Origin: an uncultured Methylomirabilota bacterium
GTDB taxonomy: Bacteria > Methylomirabilota > Methylomirabilia > Methylomirabilales > 2-02-FULL-66-22
DNA length: 64,000 nucleotides
Assembly (NCBI GenBank): GCA_963845565.1
Contig: CAWJSJ010000002.1
Coordinates: 1,088,001 to 1,152,000, forward strand
Direction of reading: 5' to 3'
Under the pieces are notes generated by a model, which was not told the DNA's origin, did not search any database, and saw nothing but the letters and a program-made list of their open reading frames with translations. This document shows, in pieces, positions 29,323-39,478 of the stretch (within the stretch, counting starts at the first letter, position 1; each line of letters opens with the position of its first letter). The position numbers and the translations under genes were made by a program.

Positions 29323-30969
29323 TCAGGCCAGGATCGCGGCCAAATCCTGACTGGGGGTCGTGATCGGCTTGAGATCGAAGGTGTCCACCAGCACCTTGAC
29401 GACGTTGGGGGTGAGGAAGGCGGGCAAGGTCGGCCCCAGCCGCATCCCCTTGATGCCAAGGGAGAGCAGCGACAGCAAGATCACCACGGCCTTCTGCTCG
29501 TACCAGGAGAGGAACAGCGACAGCGGCAGATCGTTGACCGAGCAGTTGAAGGCGCCGGCCAGCGCTTTGGCGATCACGATGGCAGAATGGGCGTCGTTAC
29601 ACTGGCCGATGTCCAGCAGGCGCGGGATGCCGCCGATGGTCCCGAAGTCGAGGTGGTTGAACCGGAACTTACCGCACGCCAGCGTCAGGATGACGCAATC
29701 CTTGGGGATCTGTCGCGCGAGCTCGGTGTAGTAGTTCCGGCCGGGCCGGGCGCCGTCGCAGCCGCCCACCAGGAAGAAGTGCCGGACGGCGCCGCTCTTC
29801 ACCGCCGCGACGACCTGGTCCGCCAACCCCAGGACCGCGTTGTGGCCGCATCCCGTGAGGAGTGTCAGGTCCTCGGTCGGCTGGAATCCCGGTAACGAGA
29901 GGGCCTTCTCGATGACCGACGTGAAATCGCGATTCGAGACGTGCGCGACGCCGGGCCAGGCCACCAAGCCGGTCGTGAAGGTGCGGTCCCGGTAGCTGTC
30001 CTGCGGCTGCTGGATGCAGTTGGTCGTGAACAGAATGGCGGCGGGGAGATTGCTGAACTCCGACTGCTGGTTCTGCCACGCCGTTCCGAAATGCCCTGCC
30101 AGGTGTCCGTATTTCTTGAGGCCGGGATATCCATGGGCGGGCAGCATCTCGCCGTGCGTGTACACGTTGATTCCCTTGCCTTGGGTCTGCTGCAGCAAGG
30201 TTTCCAGATCGGCCAGGTCGTGGCCGGTCACGATGATCGCCGGGCCCTTCTTGAGCGAGGTCGAGACCGGGGTCGGCACGGGGTGGCCGAAGCGCGCGGT
30301 GTGACCTTCGTCGAGGATCTCCATGCAGCGCAGATTGACCTGGCCGCAGCGGAGCGACAGCGCCAGAAGTTGGTCCAGCGAGATGGCGGGGTCGTTCAGG
30401 GCCGCCAGGGCTTCATGAATGAATGCGAAGATCGTCTCGTCTTGCTTGCCCAAGAGATACGCGTGCTCGGCGTAGGCGGCCAGCCCCTTGAGGCCGTAGA
30501 TCAGGAGTTGCTTGAGGCTGCGGATGTCCTCCTCGGCCTTGTCCGTGCGTAACCCGACCGCGGTGGCCTGAAGAAGCAGTTCGTCGCGCGATGCCGCGGG
30601 ACGGAAACGCGCCGACTCCGGCAAGAGGTCTTCTTCGAACGGGACCGCCGTGCGAGCGGTTGCGCCGCGGCAGATCGCCACGAGCCGGGTACGAAGCTCG
30701 CTCCCCCTCTGGATCCACTGGACGAGGCGCTCCGGATCGAAGTTGACGTTGGTGACGGTGGTGAAGAGCGCCTCCAGCACGTACCGGTCAACCTCGTTGT
30801 CCACCTGTCCCATTCGGCGGGCCTGGTGAGCCAGGTAGCCGATCCCTTTCGCCTGGTGCACGATCAGGTCCTGCAGGGCGGCGACCTCCGGCTCTTTTCC
30901 ACAGATGCCCAGGTAATCGCATCCCTTGCCCCGGGCCGCTTGTTCACACTGATAGCAGAACATGTCCAT
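29323..30969 (-). CDS. hcp: Hybrid cluster protein (hydroxylamine/NO reductase)
   Basis: MFCYQCEQ...C...GICGK, THGEMLPAH, GGCDG, GQCND, SWYEQKA. Confidence 0.97.
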   Translation of the reverse strand: MDMFCYQCEQAARGKGCDYLGICGKEPEVAALQDLIVHQAKGIGYLAHQARRMGQVDNEVDRYVLEALFTTVTNVNFDPERLVQWIQRGSELRTRLVAICRGATARTAVPFEEDLLPESARFRPAASRDELLLQATAVGLRTDKAEEDIRSLKQLLIYGLKGLAAYAEHAYLLGKQDETIFAFIHEALAALNDPAISLDQLLALSLRCGQVNLRCMEILDEGHTARFGHPVPTPVSTSLKKGPAIIVTGHDLADLETLLQQTQGKGINVYTHGEMLPAHGYPGLKKYGHLAGHFGTAWQNQQSEFSNLPAAILFTTNCIQQPQDSYRDRTFTTGLVAWPGVAHVSNRDFTSVIEKALSLPGFQPTEDLTLLTGCGHNAVLGLADQVVAAVKSGAVRHFFLVGGCDGARPGRNYYTELARQIPKDCVILTLACGKFRFNHLDFGTIGGIPRLLDIGQCNDAHSAIVIAKALAGAFNCSVNDLPLSLFLSWYEQKAVVILLSLLSLGIKGMRLGPTLPAFLTPNVVKVLVDTFDLKPITTPSQDLAAILA

Positions 30970-31033
30970 GACTCGCGAACCTCCTGTGAGTGTTGAGAAC
31001 CCCTCCGCGACACCCGGTCGCGAGGGCGGACAC

Positions 31034-31075
31034 ACTCTACGCGCGCAGCGAGGAGGGCGCATTGATCTGGATCAA
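31034..31075 (-). promoter_or_regulatory. FNR/Dnr-type box and class II promoter of hcp
   Basis: TTGAT-CTGG-ATCAA at 31062-31075; minus-strand TAGAGT at 31039-31034 places the box centre at about -41.5. Confidence 0.8.
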
Positions 31076-31113
31076 GCGGGTGGATCGACGGCGGGCGTCG
31101 GGATGCGGCAGCG

Positions 31114-31954
31114 TCAGAGGCGGGAGATGATGCCCTTGACGAGAACGGTCAGGCGGTGTTCCGCGCGCGCCGCGACGGCCAGGACGCTTTCGTGGGTGAC
31201 GGGTGCCGCCTGGCGGGCGGACACCGGCCGGCCGGCCTCGACGTTGGTGATGCAGGAAATCCCCAGGATATTCGCAATGCCCGCGTGCCGGGCGACGAGG
31301 ACCTCCGGGACGGTCGACATTCCCACTGCGTCCGCCCCCAGGGCCCGAAGCATTCGCACCTCGGCGGCCGTCTCGTAGGATGGGCCGCTCACGCCGGCGT
31401 AGACCCCGGACCGCAGCGGGATGCCTTCCTGCCGCGCCGCCGCGCGGGCGGCTCGCGTCGCCTCGACAGAGAACAAATTGCGGGTGGTCGGGAACCGCGG
31501 ACCAAGACGCTCGTCATGCGGGCCCCGCAGCGGGTTGTCTCCCATCAGGTTGATCACATCTCGAATCAACATGAGGTCGCCGACCCGGAACCGCGGGTTC
31601 AGGCCGCCGGCGGCGTTGGTCACGACCAGCGTCGAAATCCCGAGACCCCGGAGGACGCGGATGGGGAACGTCACCTCCTGCATGGTGTAGCCTTCGTAGT
31701 AATGGAAGCGGCCCTGCATCACGGCCACCGATGTCGCCCTGCAGCCGTCCGAAGACGAGGCGCGAGGCGTGCCCCCGAACCGTCGAGGTGGGGAAGTGCG
31801 GGATGGCGCCGTAGGGGACGCCGACGGCGTCCTCCACCTGGCTCGCCAGGGCCCCCAGGCCGCTGCCCAGAACGATCCCGATGGTGGCGGCGCAGTCGGG
31901 CCGCCGCCGCAGGAACCGAACCGCCTCCTGTATGGCCGTATATGGTGTCGGCAT
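31114..31954 (-). CDS. punA: Purine nucleoside phosphorylase I (one frameshift near 31730)
   Basis: [40 protein letters not shown] split over two frames. Confidence 0.9.
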
Positions 31955-32148
31955 CCGGCCTCGCCTCGCTCCCCTCGGCGATGGGTCGGGGATCGCTTGC
32001 CCCGACCATCGCCGGTTTCATCTTGACACGCGCCGGCACGTCGCGCCATGCTTCAGCGGTCGCGAGGCCGGACGCCGGCGGGCGTTCCCCGTCCGACGGT
32101 CGCCATTCACCCTATCAGCGGCAGCCGCAGGTGGCAAGGGGTTCTCTG

Positions 32149-33142
32149 ATGATCCAGACCAGGGCGTATGCGCGGGCGGGGCTGATCGGCAATCCGTCGG
32201 ACGGGTACTTCGGCAAGACCATCTCCTTCATCGTCCGGAACTTCAGCGCCACGGTGACCCTCTACGAATCGCCGCGGCTCACCATCCTGCCGCAGCGGTC
32301 CGATCGGCTCGAGTTCGCCAACTTCGGCGAGCTGCTCGATGACGTGCAGCTCCACGGGTATTACGGGGGCATTCGGCTCATCAAGGCCGCCATCAAACGT
32401 TTCGGCGACTATTGTGCGACGATCGGGGCGCCGATCAACCGCAACTTCACCATCGAGTATCATACCGATATTCCGATCCGGGTGGGGCTGGCGGGCTCCA
32501 GCGCCATCGTCACCGCAACGATGCGGGCCCTCATGCAGTTTTTCGGGGTGGAGATCCCCAAGCCCTTGCTTCCGGGCATTATCCTCAGCGTGGAGCTGGA
32601 CGAGTTGAAGATCGGCGCGGGGCTCCAGGACCGCGTGATCCAGGTTTATGAGGGCTCGGTTTTCATGGACTTCGACAAGGAGCGGATGGCGCGGGACGGC
32701 TACGGCCTGTACGAGCCGCTGGATCCGGGGCTGCTTCCGCCGCTCTACGTCGCGTATCATGACACGCTGGCGGAGGGGACCGAGGTCACTCACAACGATC
32801 TCCGCAGCCGCTACAACCGGGGCGAAGAGGCGGTGCACGCAGGAATCAAGCGCTGGGCGGAGCTTACCCAGCAAGCCCGCGATCTGATCCTGGCCGGCCG
32901 GGGTCGCGAGATCGGGCCGCTGATGGACGCGAACTTCGACCTGCGGGCGAGCCTGATCCACATCAGTCCAGGCAACCGGGCGCTGGTGGAGACCGGTCGG
33001 AAGCTTGGCGCGGCGGTCAACTTCGCCGGCTCGGGCGGCGCCGTGGTCAGGAAGCTACGACGGCGACCCGGAGCGCCTGCGGCGGCTGGCCGCGGCCTAC
33101 CAGGAACTGGGCGCGAAGCTGATCATTCCGCGGATCGCCTGA
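32149..33142 (+). CDS. GHMP kinase, glucuronokinase-like (frameshift near 33050)
   Basis: AYARAGLIGNPSDGYFGKTISF, PIRVGLAGSSA, AGLQDRVIQ, FAGSGGA; shifted tail GSYDGD...IIPRIA*. Confidence 0.82.
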
Positions 33143-33187
33143 CGCGCACAGCGGGACCGGTCCCACACGCTGAGAGGAACAAACCAC

Positions 33188-34115
33188 ATGGCACCGTCCG
33201 AGCATCGCCCCGTGGCCGCCGCCCATCGATCTGGAGTGCGAAAGGCCGTCATCCCCGCCGCCGGTATGGGTACACGGTTTCTACCGGCGACGAAATCCAT
33301 GCCCAAGGAGATGCTCCCGATCGTGGACACGCCCGTCCTGCAGTTCGTCATCGAGGAGGCGGTGGCCAGCGGGATCGACGACATCCTGATCGTCACCGGG
33401 CGGGGCAAGCGCGCCATCGAGAACCACTTCGACTTCAATCCGGAGCTGGAAGCGTTCCTGGCCGAGGCGGGCAAGCGCGAGCTCATCGAGCAGGTGCGCG
33501 ACATCGGCGACCGTGCGCGGATCCACTACATCCGTCAAAAGCAGCAGCTCGGTCTCGGGGATGCGATCCGCCTCGGACGGGACCACGTGGGCGACGAGCC
33601 GTTCGCCGTCCTGCTCGGCGACACGATCATCGATCCGCCCGAGGGGCAAAAGCCAGGCCTACGGCAACTCCTGGACGTCTTCGACGCGAAGCAGGCCAGC
33701 GTGGTGGCGGTGCATCGCGTCCCCCGGGAATGGGTGAGGCGGTACGGGATCGTGGACGGCGAACCCGAAGACGGGCAATCCCGACCTGCTGCGGCTTCGG
33801 CAACTGGTCGAGAAGCCCTCTGTCGACCAGGCGCCGAGCACTCTGGCCATTGCCGGTCGGTACGTCTTCACGCCGGAGATCTTCGACTGCATCGACGCCA
33901 CCGGCCGGGGCGTGGGCGGCGAGATCCAGCTCACCGACGCGATGAACCTCCTGGCCCAGCGTCAGCCGATGTACGCGCTGGCCTGGCAGGCCAAGCGCTA
34001 CGATATCGGCAATCGTGTCGAATACGCCAAGTGCTTTGTGGATTTCGCCCTCCGTCGGCCGGAAACGGCCGCCGCCCTGCGGGAGCATCTTCGCACGGTC
34101 TTGAGAGACCGGTAG
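33188..34115 (+). CDS. galU: UTP--glucose-1-phosphate uridylyltransferase-like (frameshift near 33775)
   Basis: KAVIPAAGMGTRFLPATKSMPKEMLP, GLGDA, LLGD; second frame GGEIQLTDA...RYDIG. Confidence 0.9.
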
Positions 34116-34340
34116 GCCGCTCGGACGGACGGACCCGGGGAATCCGGCGCCGCGCGAGGCCCGTCCGGCATGGAGCCTGTGCTCCGGCCGTCCGCACGCG
34201 ATTCATCTTGCCAGCCCGAGGAACCGACGTTAGCATTTTTCCGCTTGGCACGGCGCCAGACGCCGAGCCGGGACGTCTCCACGGGTGGACACACAGAGCC
34301 ACCACGGCTCGACCGATCGGGAGCAGCGGGAAGATACCGA

Positions 34341-35285
34341 ATGGATACCGGCACAGCCAGCGCACTGCGAGCGCTCGAGGCCAACATCGCGCAGGCCCTG
34401 GTCGGAAAACCGGACGTCGTCCGGCTGGCCATCGTGGCGCTGCTGGCACGGGGGCATCTCTTGATCGAGGACGTGCCCGGCGTGGGGAAGACGACGCTGG
34501 CACATGCCCTTGCCCGCTCGCTGGGCCTGGCGTTCCAGCGCATCCAGTTCACCAGCGACCTCCTCCCCTCCGACATCCTGGGAGTTTCGGTCTTCGACCC
34601 GCGAAAGGCGGAATTCGAGTTCCGACCGGGCCCGATCTTCGCCAACATCATCCTGGCCGATGAGATCAACCGGACCACGCCCAAGACCCAGTCCAGCCTG
34701 CTGGAGGCGATGAACGAAAATCAGGTGTCGCTGGATCACCACACCTATCGGCTGCCCCAGCCGTTCATGGTGCTGGCCACGCAGAATCCGCTCGAATACC
34801 ACGGGACGCACCCACTGCCGGAATCCCAGATGGACCGCTTTCTCCTGCGCATACGCGTCGGGTATCCCGACGAGACGCATGAGCGCCGGCTCCTGCGCGG
34901 AGCAGGCGCCTCGTCCGTGGAGCGACTCCAGCCGGTCCTGGACGTTGAGGCCGTCTTGACGCTGCAGGCCCAGGCGGACGCGGTCACGATTGAGGAAAGC
35001 CTGCTGGGCTATGTGATGGCGATCGTCCAGGCCACCCGCACACACCCGGCGCTGGCCCTGGGAGTGAGTCCCCGAGGATCGTTGGCCCTGGTCCGGGCCG
35101 CCAAGGCGTTGGCCCTCAGCGAGGGCCGGTCCTACTGCGTTCCAGACGATGTCAAGGAGCTTGCAGCGCCCGCTTTCGCACACCGGGTACTGCTGCGCTC
35201 CCGGTGGGACGATCCGGTCGGGGAGACGCCCGGCGCCGAGCAGGTGATCCGCCAGATCCTCCAGGACGTCCCGGTTCCACGGTGA
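34341..35285 (+). CDS. moxR: MoxR family AAA+ ATPase
   Basis: LIEDVPGVGKT, DEINR, ATQNP, SPRG. Confidence 0.95.
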   Translation: MDTGTASALRALEANIAQALVGKPDVVRLAIVALLARGHLLIEDVPGVGKTTLAHALARSLGLAFQRIQFTSDLLPSDILGVSVFDPRKAEFEFRPGPIFANIILADEINRTTPKTQSSLLEAMNENQVSLDHHTYRLPQPFMVLATQNPLEYHGTHPLPESQMDRFLLRIRVGYPDETHERRLLRGAGASSVERLQPVLDVEAVLTLQAQADAVTIEESLLGYVMAIVQATRTHPALALGVSPRGSLALVRAAKALALSEGRSYCVPDDVKELAAPAFAHRVLLRSRWDDPVGETPGAEQVIRQILQDVPVPR

Positions 35286-35295
35286 GGGTCGCGCA

Positions 35296-36387
35296 GTGAG
35301 CGTCGCGCACCACGAGCCGCCTCCGCCGACGCGAAACGCCGGCGCCCCGTCATCCGTCGCTGCGCCCAGACCGTCACGCCCAGGGTACTGGCTTCCGCGC
35401 ACTATCCGCCCGACGCCAGCCGGCTGGGGGTTCATCGGTGCCACGCTGGTGATCGGGCTGGCGGCCACCAATACCGGCAACAACCTGCTGTACCTGATCC
35501 TGGCCATGATGCTCTCGCTGATGGCCGTCTCCGGCCTGCTGTCGGAGCAGACCCTGCGGCGCATCCGGTTGCACCGGGAACTGCCGGGTCGCCTCTTTGC
35601 GGGCACGCCGGGCACCTTCGGCGTCCGCGTGGTCAACGGCAAGCGGCACCTTCCCTCCTACGCCCTCTTTTTGGGCGAGCCGGAGCCGAGCGGTCGCTCG
35701 GCGGCGGCGCGCTTCTTCCTGACGATCCCGCCCCGGGGGTGCGAGCACTGGCGGTATGACCTGACGTTCGCACGGCGGGGCCGGCACCGCCTTCCGGGGC
35801 TGCGCCTGTCCACACGCTTTCCCTTCGGTTTGTTTGCCAAGATCAGCCGCCCATTGCACGACGATTCCGTTCTCGTCTATCCCGCCGTGCGCCCTCTCGC
35901 CCCGCAGGAGATCCCGCCCGCCCTGGAGGCCGGCTGGCGGGAGCGGTATCGGCGCGGCGGAGGGATCGGCCTCTACAATCTGCGCCCCTACCGCGCGGGG
36001 GACGATCCCAGGCAAGTCCACTGGAAGACATCGGCGCGCGTGGGGGAACTGATCCTCAAAGAAGCGCAGGAGGAGGATCGACCCCGTATCCGGCTGACCG
36101 TCGAGGATCCGCCTGCGGCCACCCCGGTGGACGCGATCGAGGCGGACCTGAGCTATGTCGCGTCCCTGGCGGCTCATGCCATCCGGCAGGGCTCCCTGGT
36201 GGAGCTGGTGGTCGGGGATGGCGGTACGGGCTTCGGAACGGGCGAGCCCCATCTGGACCGGATGCTGGCGCGCTTGGCACTGTACACCGTCCCGGCAGTG
36301 CCGCGCCCGGGGCGGGCTTTCGGCGACGCAGGGCGCGAGGTGCAGGTGCGGCTCGGCACGGCACGGAATCCGAGGGTGGGGCGATGA
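35296..36387 (+). CDS. DUF58 domain protein
   Basis: AATNTGNNLLYL, FPFGLF, LRPYRAGDDPRQVHWK. Confidence 0.9.
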   Translation: MSVAHHEPPPPTRNAGAPSSVAAPRPSRPGYWLPRTIRPTPAGWGFIGATLVIGLAATNTGNNLLYLILAMMLSLMAVSGLLSEQTLRRIRLHRELPGRLFAGTPGTFGVRVVNGKRHLPSYALFLGEPEPSGRSAAARFFLTIPPRGCEHWRYDLTFARRGRHRLPGLRLSTRFPFGLFAKISRPLHDDSVLVYPAVRPLAPQEIPPALEAGWRERYRRGGGIGLYNLRPYRAGDDPRQVHWKTSARVGELILKEAQEEDRPRIRLTVEDPPAATPVDAIEADLSYVASLAAHAIRQGSLVELVVGDGGTGFGTGEPHLDRMLARLALYTVPAVPRPGRAFGDAGREVQVRLGTARNPRVGR

Positions 36388-38507
36388 GCCCCCCGCTGTT
36401 CTTCCAGGCCATCCTCCGCCTGCTGGTGCTGACCGCCCTGGGCGCCCTGTACCTCGCGGAGGTCGCGAGCCTTTCCGCGCTGGGAGGCGTCGCGGCGCTG
36501 GCGCTGGGAAGCTGGTGGGCGGAGGAGCTCCGGGTCGCCGTTCCCGGCGTCCGCCGGATCTGGGACGTGTGCACTGTCGCTTTCCTGGGCTATGCGACGC
36601 TCGACCTGCTGGTCTTGGCCGACTCGTTCATCGTGGCGGTGATCCACCTGCTCCTCTTTTTGATGATCTACAAACTGTACAACGCCCAGGGCCACCGCGA
36701 CTTCCTCCATCTCTTCGTTCTGACGTTTCTGGCGTTGGTGGCCGCCTCGACGCTGACAGCGCATTTCGGAATGCTGCTGGTCTTCTCTCTGTACATGATC
36801 CTGGCGATCTGGGGGCTCGCCCTGCTCCAATTGAAACGGGAGACCGAGCTTCACCTTCCGGAGCGAAGCCGCGACCTCTTAGGGGCGCCGGGACTGGTCG
36901 CGCCCAGCTTCCTGATCAGTGGCTTCGGGATGGCCGTCCTGGCCCTGGTGCTCACGCTGGGCATCTTCTTTCTCATCCCACGCGTCGGCCGGACGTTCCT
37001 GTCGCTGCGCGGTCCGCTCGGTACGCAGGCGACCGGGTTTACCGACCGAGTGGATCTCGGGATATACGGTGCGATCCAGACCGATCCGACCGTCGTCATG
37101 CGGATCAGCTTCCCCGAGGATCCGAACGCGCCGGCGCGGTCTCCCGATCTGCGCTGGCGGGGCGTGGCCTTCGACCGATTCGACGGGCGCGCCTGGTCGC
37201 TGGCCGATTCGGGCCGGACGCCCGCCCGCCAGATACGCGAGGGGCAGTACTCGGTCTCCCCGTTTGCCGTCGGCTTACCCTTCATCAGTGCCGAGATCTT
37301 CCTGGAGCCTATCGGGACCGACGTCCTCTTCGGCCCGCCCCGGCTGCGCGCGATCCAGGGCCGCCTGCCAGGCGTGCGGGTTAATGGCGCCGGCGGCGTG
37401 ACGCTGCCGTTTCCTCCGAACTCGCGACTCCGGTACCTCGCCGTGTCACAGCCGGAACGGGTCCGGGACGATGCGCTACGGCACGCGACTCGCCCCAGCG
37501 ACTACCCGGCAGAGATTCGGGCCGCCTACCTCCAGCTTCCGGCGCTGCCGGCGCGTATCCGCGCATTGGCCGAGTCGCTGTCCGCCGAGGCGGCAACGCC
37601 TATCGACGCGGTCCGAACGGTGGAGGCGTATCTGGTCGAGCATCAGCGTTACAGTCTCGACCTGGGACGGGACGCGGGCCGGGACCCGCTGGAGGACTTT
37701 CTCTTCGAGCGAAAGACGGGCAACTGCGAGTACTTCGCCGCCAGCCTGGTGGTCCTGCTGCGAGCCATGGGGATTCCCGCGCGCGTGGTCAACGGGTTTC
37801 AGCGGGGAGAGTGGAACGAGGTGGGGCAATACTTGGCGGTGCGCCAGCGGGATGCGCACTCGTGGGCGGAAGTCTTTTTTCCGAACGCGGGGTGGGTGAC
37901 GTTCGATCCGTCGCCCCGCGCGGCCTTCGAGGGGCAGGTCTTCGGGGCGAGCGGCCGAGTCGGAAAGTACTTCGACTCCTTACGCTGGCGCTGGAATCGG
38001 TACGTGGTGGACTACAATGTTGGGGACCAGGCCGCGGTGGCGATCCGCCTGCGACAGCAGTCAGTGGCGCTGCGGCGCGGCCTCACGCAGGCGTGGGACC
38101 GGTGGTCCTTTGAGGCGTATCGCAGCGCGCGAAGGTATTGGCGGAGCTACGCGTACCTCGTGTCGGCGCTGGTCGTCCTGGTGGCCGCGGCGACCATGCT
38201 CGTACGCCGCACACCGCTCGCCGGGCGTGGTGCCGACTGGCTCCTTGCCATGCGGCTACGGAGATCCCCGGTGGCCTTCTACGAGCGCATGCTCCGCGTT
38301 CTGAGGCGGCGCGGTTGTCCGCGGCCGCCTGCGGTGACCGCTCGGGAGTTTCTCGCGGGCCTCCGCGAGCGGCCGCAACTCTTCGAGCCGGCTGCCGAGT
38401 TGACCGTCCTGTACGAACAGGTCCGCTTCGGCGGATGCGCCCTCACGGCCGACGACGGACGGCGTGCGGCGGTCCTCCTCAGACAACTTGAGGCCGCGCC
38501 GCGGTAA
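36384..38507 (+). CDS. Membrane transglutaminase-like protein (TgpA/DUF3488)
   Basis: Multi-TM N-terminus; GNCEYFA, AHSWAE, WVTFDP catalytic triad. Confidence 0.92.
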   Translation: MSPPLFFQAILRLLVLTALGALYLAEVASLSALGGVAALALGSWWAEELRVAVPGVRRIWDVCTVAFLGYATLDLLVLADSFIVAVIHLLLFLMIYKLYNAQGHRDFLHLFVLTFLALVAASTLTAHFGMLLVFSLYMILAIWGLALLQLKRETELHLPERSRDLLGAPGLVAPSFLISGFGMAVLALVLTLGIFFLIPRVGRTFLSLRGPLGTQATGFTDRVDLGIYGAIQTDPTVVMRISFPEDPNAPARSPDLRWRGVAFDRFDGRAWSLADSGRTPARQIREGQYSVSPFAVGLPFISAEIFLEPIGTDVLFGPPRLRAIQGRLPGVRVNGAGGVTLPFPPNSRLRYLAVSQPERVRDDALRHATRPSDYPAEIRAAYLQLPALPARIRALAESLSAEAATPIDAVRTVEAYLVEHQRYSLDLGRDAGRDPLEDFLFERKTGNCEYFAASLVVLLRAMGIPARVVNGFQRGEWNEVGQYLAVRQRDAHSWAEVFFPNAGWVTFDPSPRAAFEGQVFGASGRVGKYFDSLRWRWNRYVVDYNVGDQAAVAIRLRQQSVALRRGLTQAWDRWSFEAYRSARRYWRSYAYLVSALVVLVAAATMLVRRTPLAGRGADWLLAMRLRRSPVAFYERMLRVLRRRGCPRPPAVTAREFLAGLRERPQLFEPAAELTVLYEQVRFGGCALTADDGRRAAVLLRQLEAAPR

Positions 38508-38591
38508 TGCGTCGGTAGGCCGTCCGGCGGTCCGGCGGTCCAGAGAAACGGAGCCTCGCCCACCCGAACCGCCGAACCGCCAGCCGTTCTG

Positions 38592-39206
<615 letters not shown>

Positions 39207-39478
39207 GGCGTTCCTCCTTGATGAGCAATTTTCCCGTCGCATGCCACGTGCCGCGAAGCGCATCCTACTCAGCCACCGGCCCGTACGCAACCGGAATCGC
39301 GCCGAGGACGAGACGACCCCGGGTGTGGCGAGGAGCGTACCAACCGGAAACAGAGGGCGCGAAAACCTTGACAACGCGGGTGGTCCAAGGCGATGCTCAC
39401 GCCACTCACGGACGGTGGGGCGCGCCGAAAGGGGCGCCCGAAACGCAGCGGGGTCGAATCAGCAGGGGAGAAAGGAAC

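Noticed and set aside
31725..33780. Programmed ribosomal frameshifting in punA, the GHMP kinase and galU
   Set aside because: No slippery heptamers seen; scattered single indels in housekeeping genes are better explained by sequencing error.
31156..33945. 929-aa ORF apparently a large multidomain protein
   Set aside because: Only 32149-33050 is real coding (GHMP kinase); the rest is upstream extension and frameshift read-through.
34341..38507. moxR-DUF58-transglutaminase triad as a novel system
   Set aside because: Common, already recognised gene arrangement.
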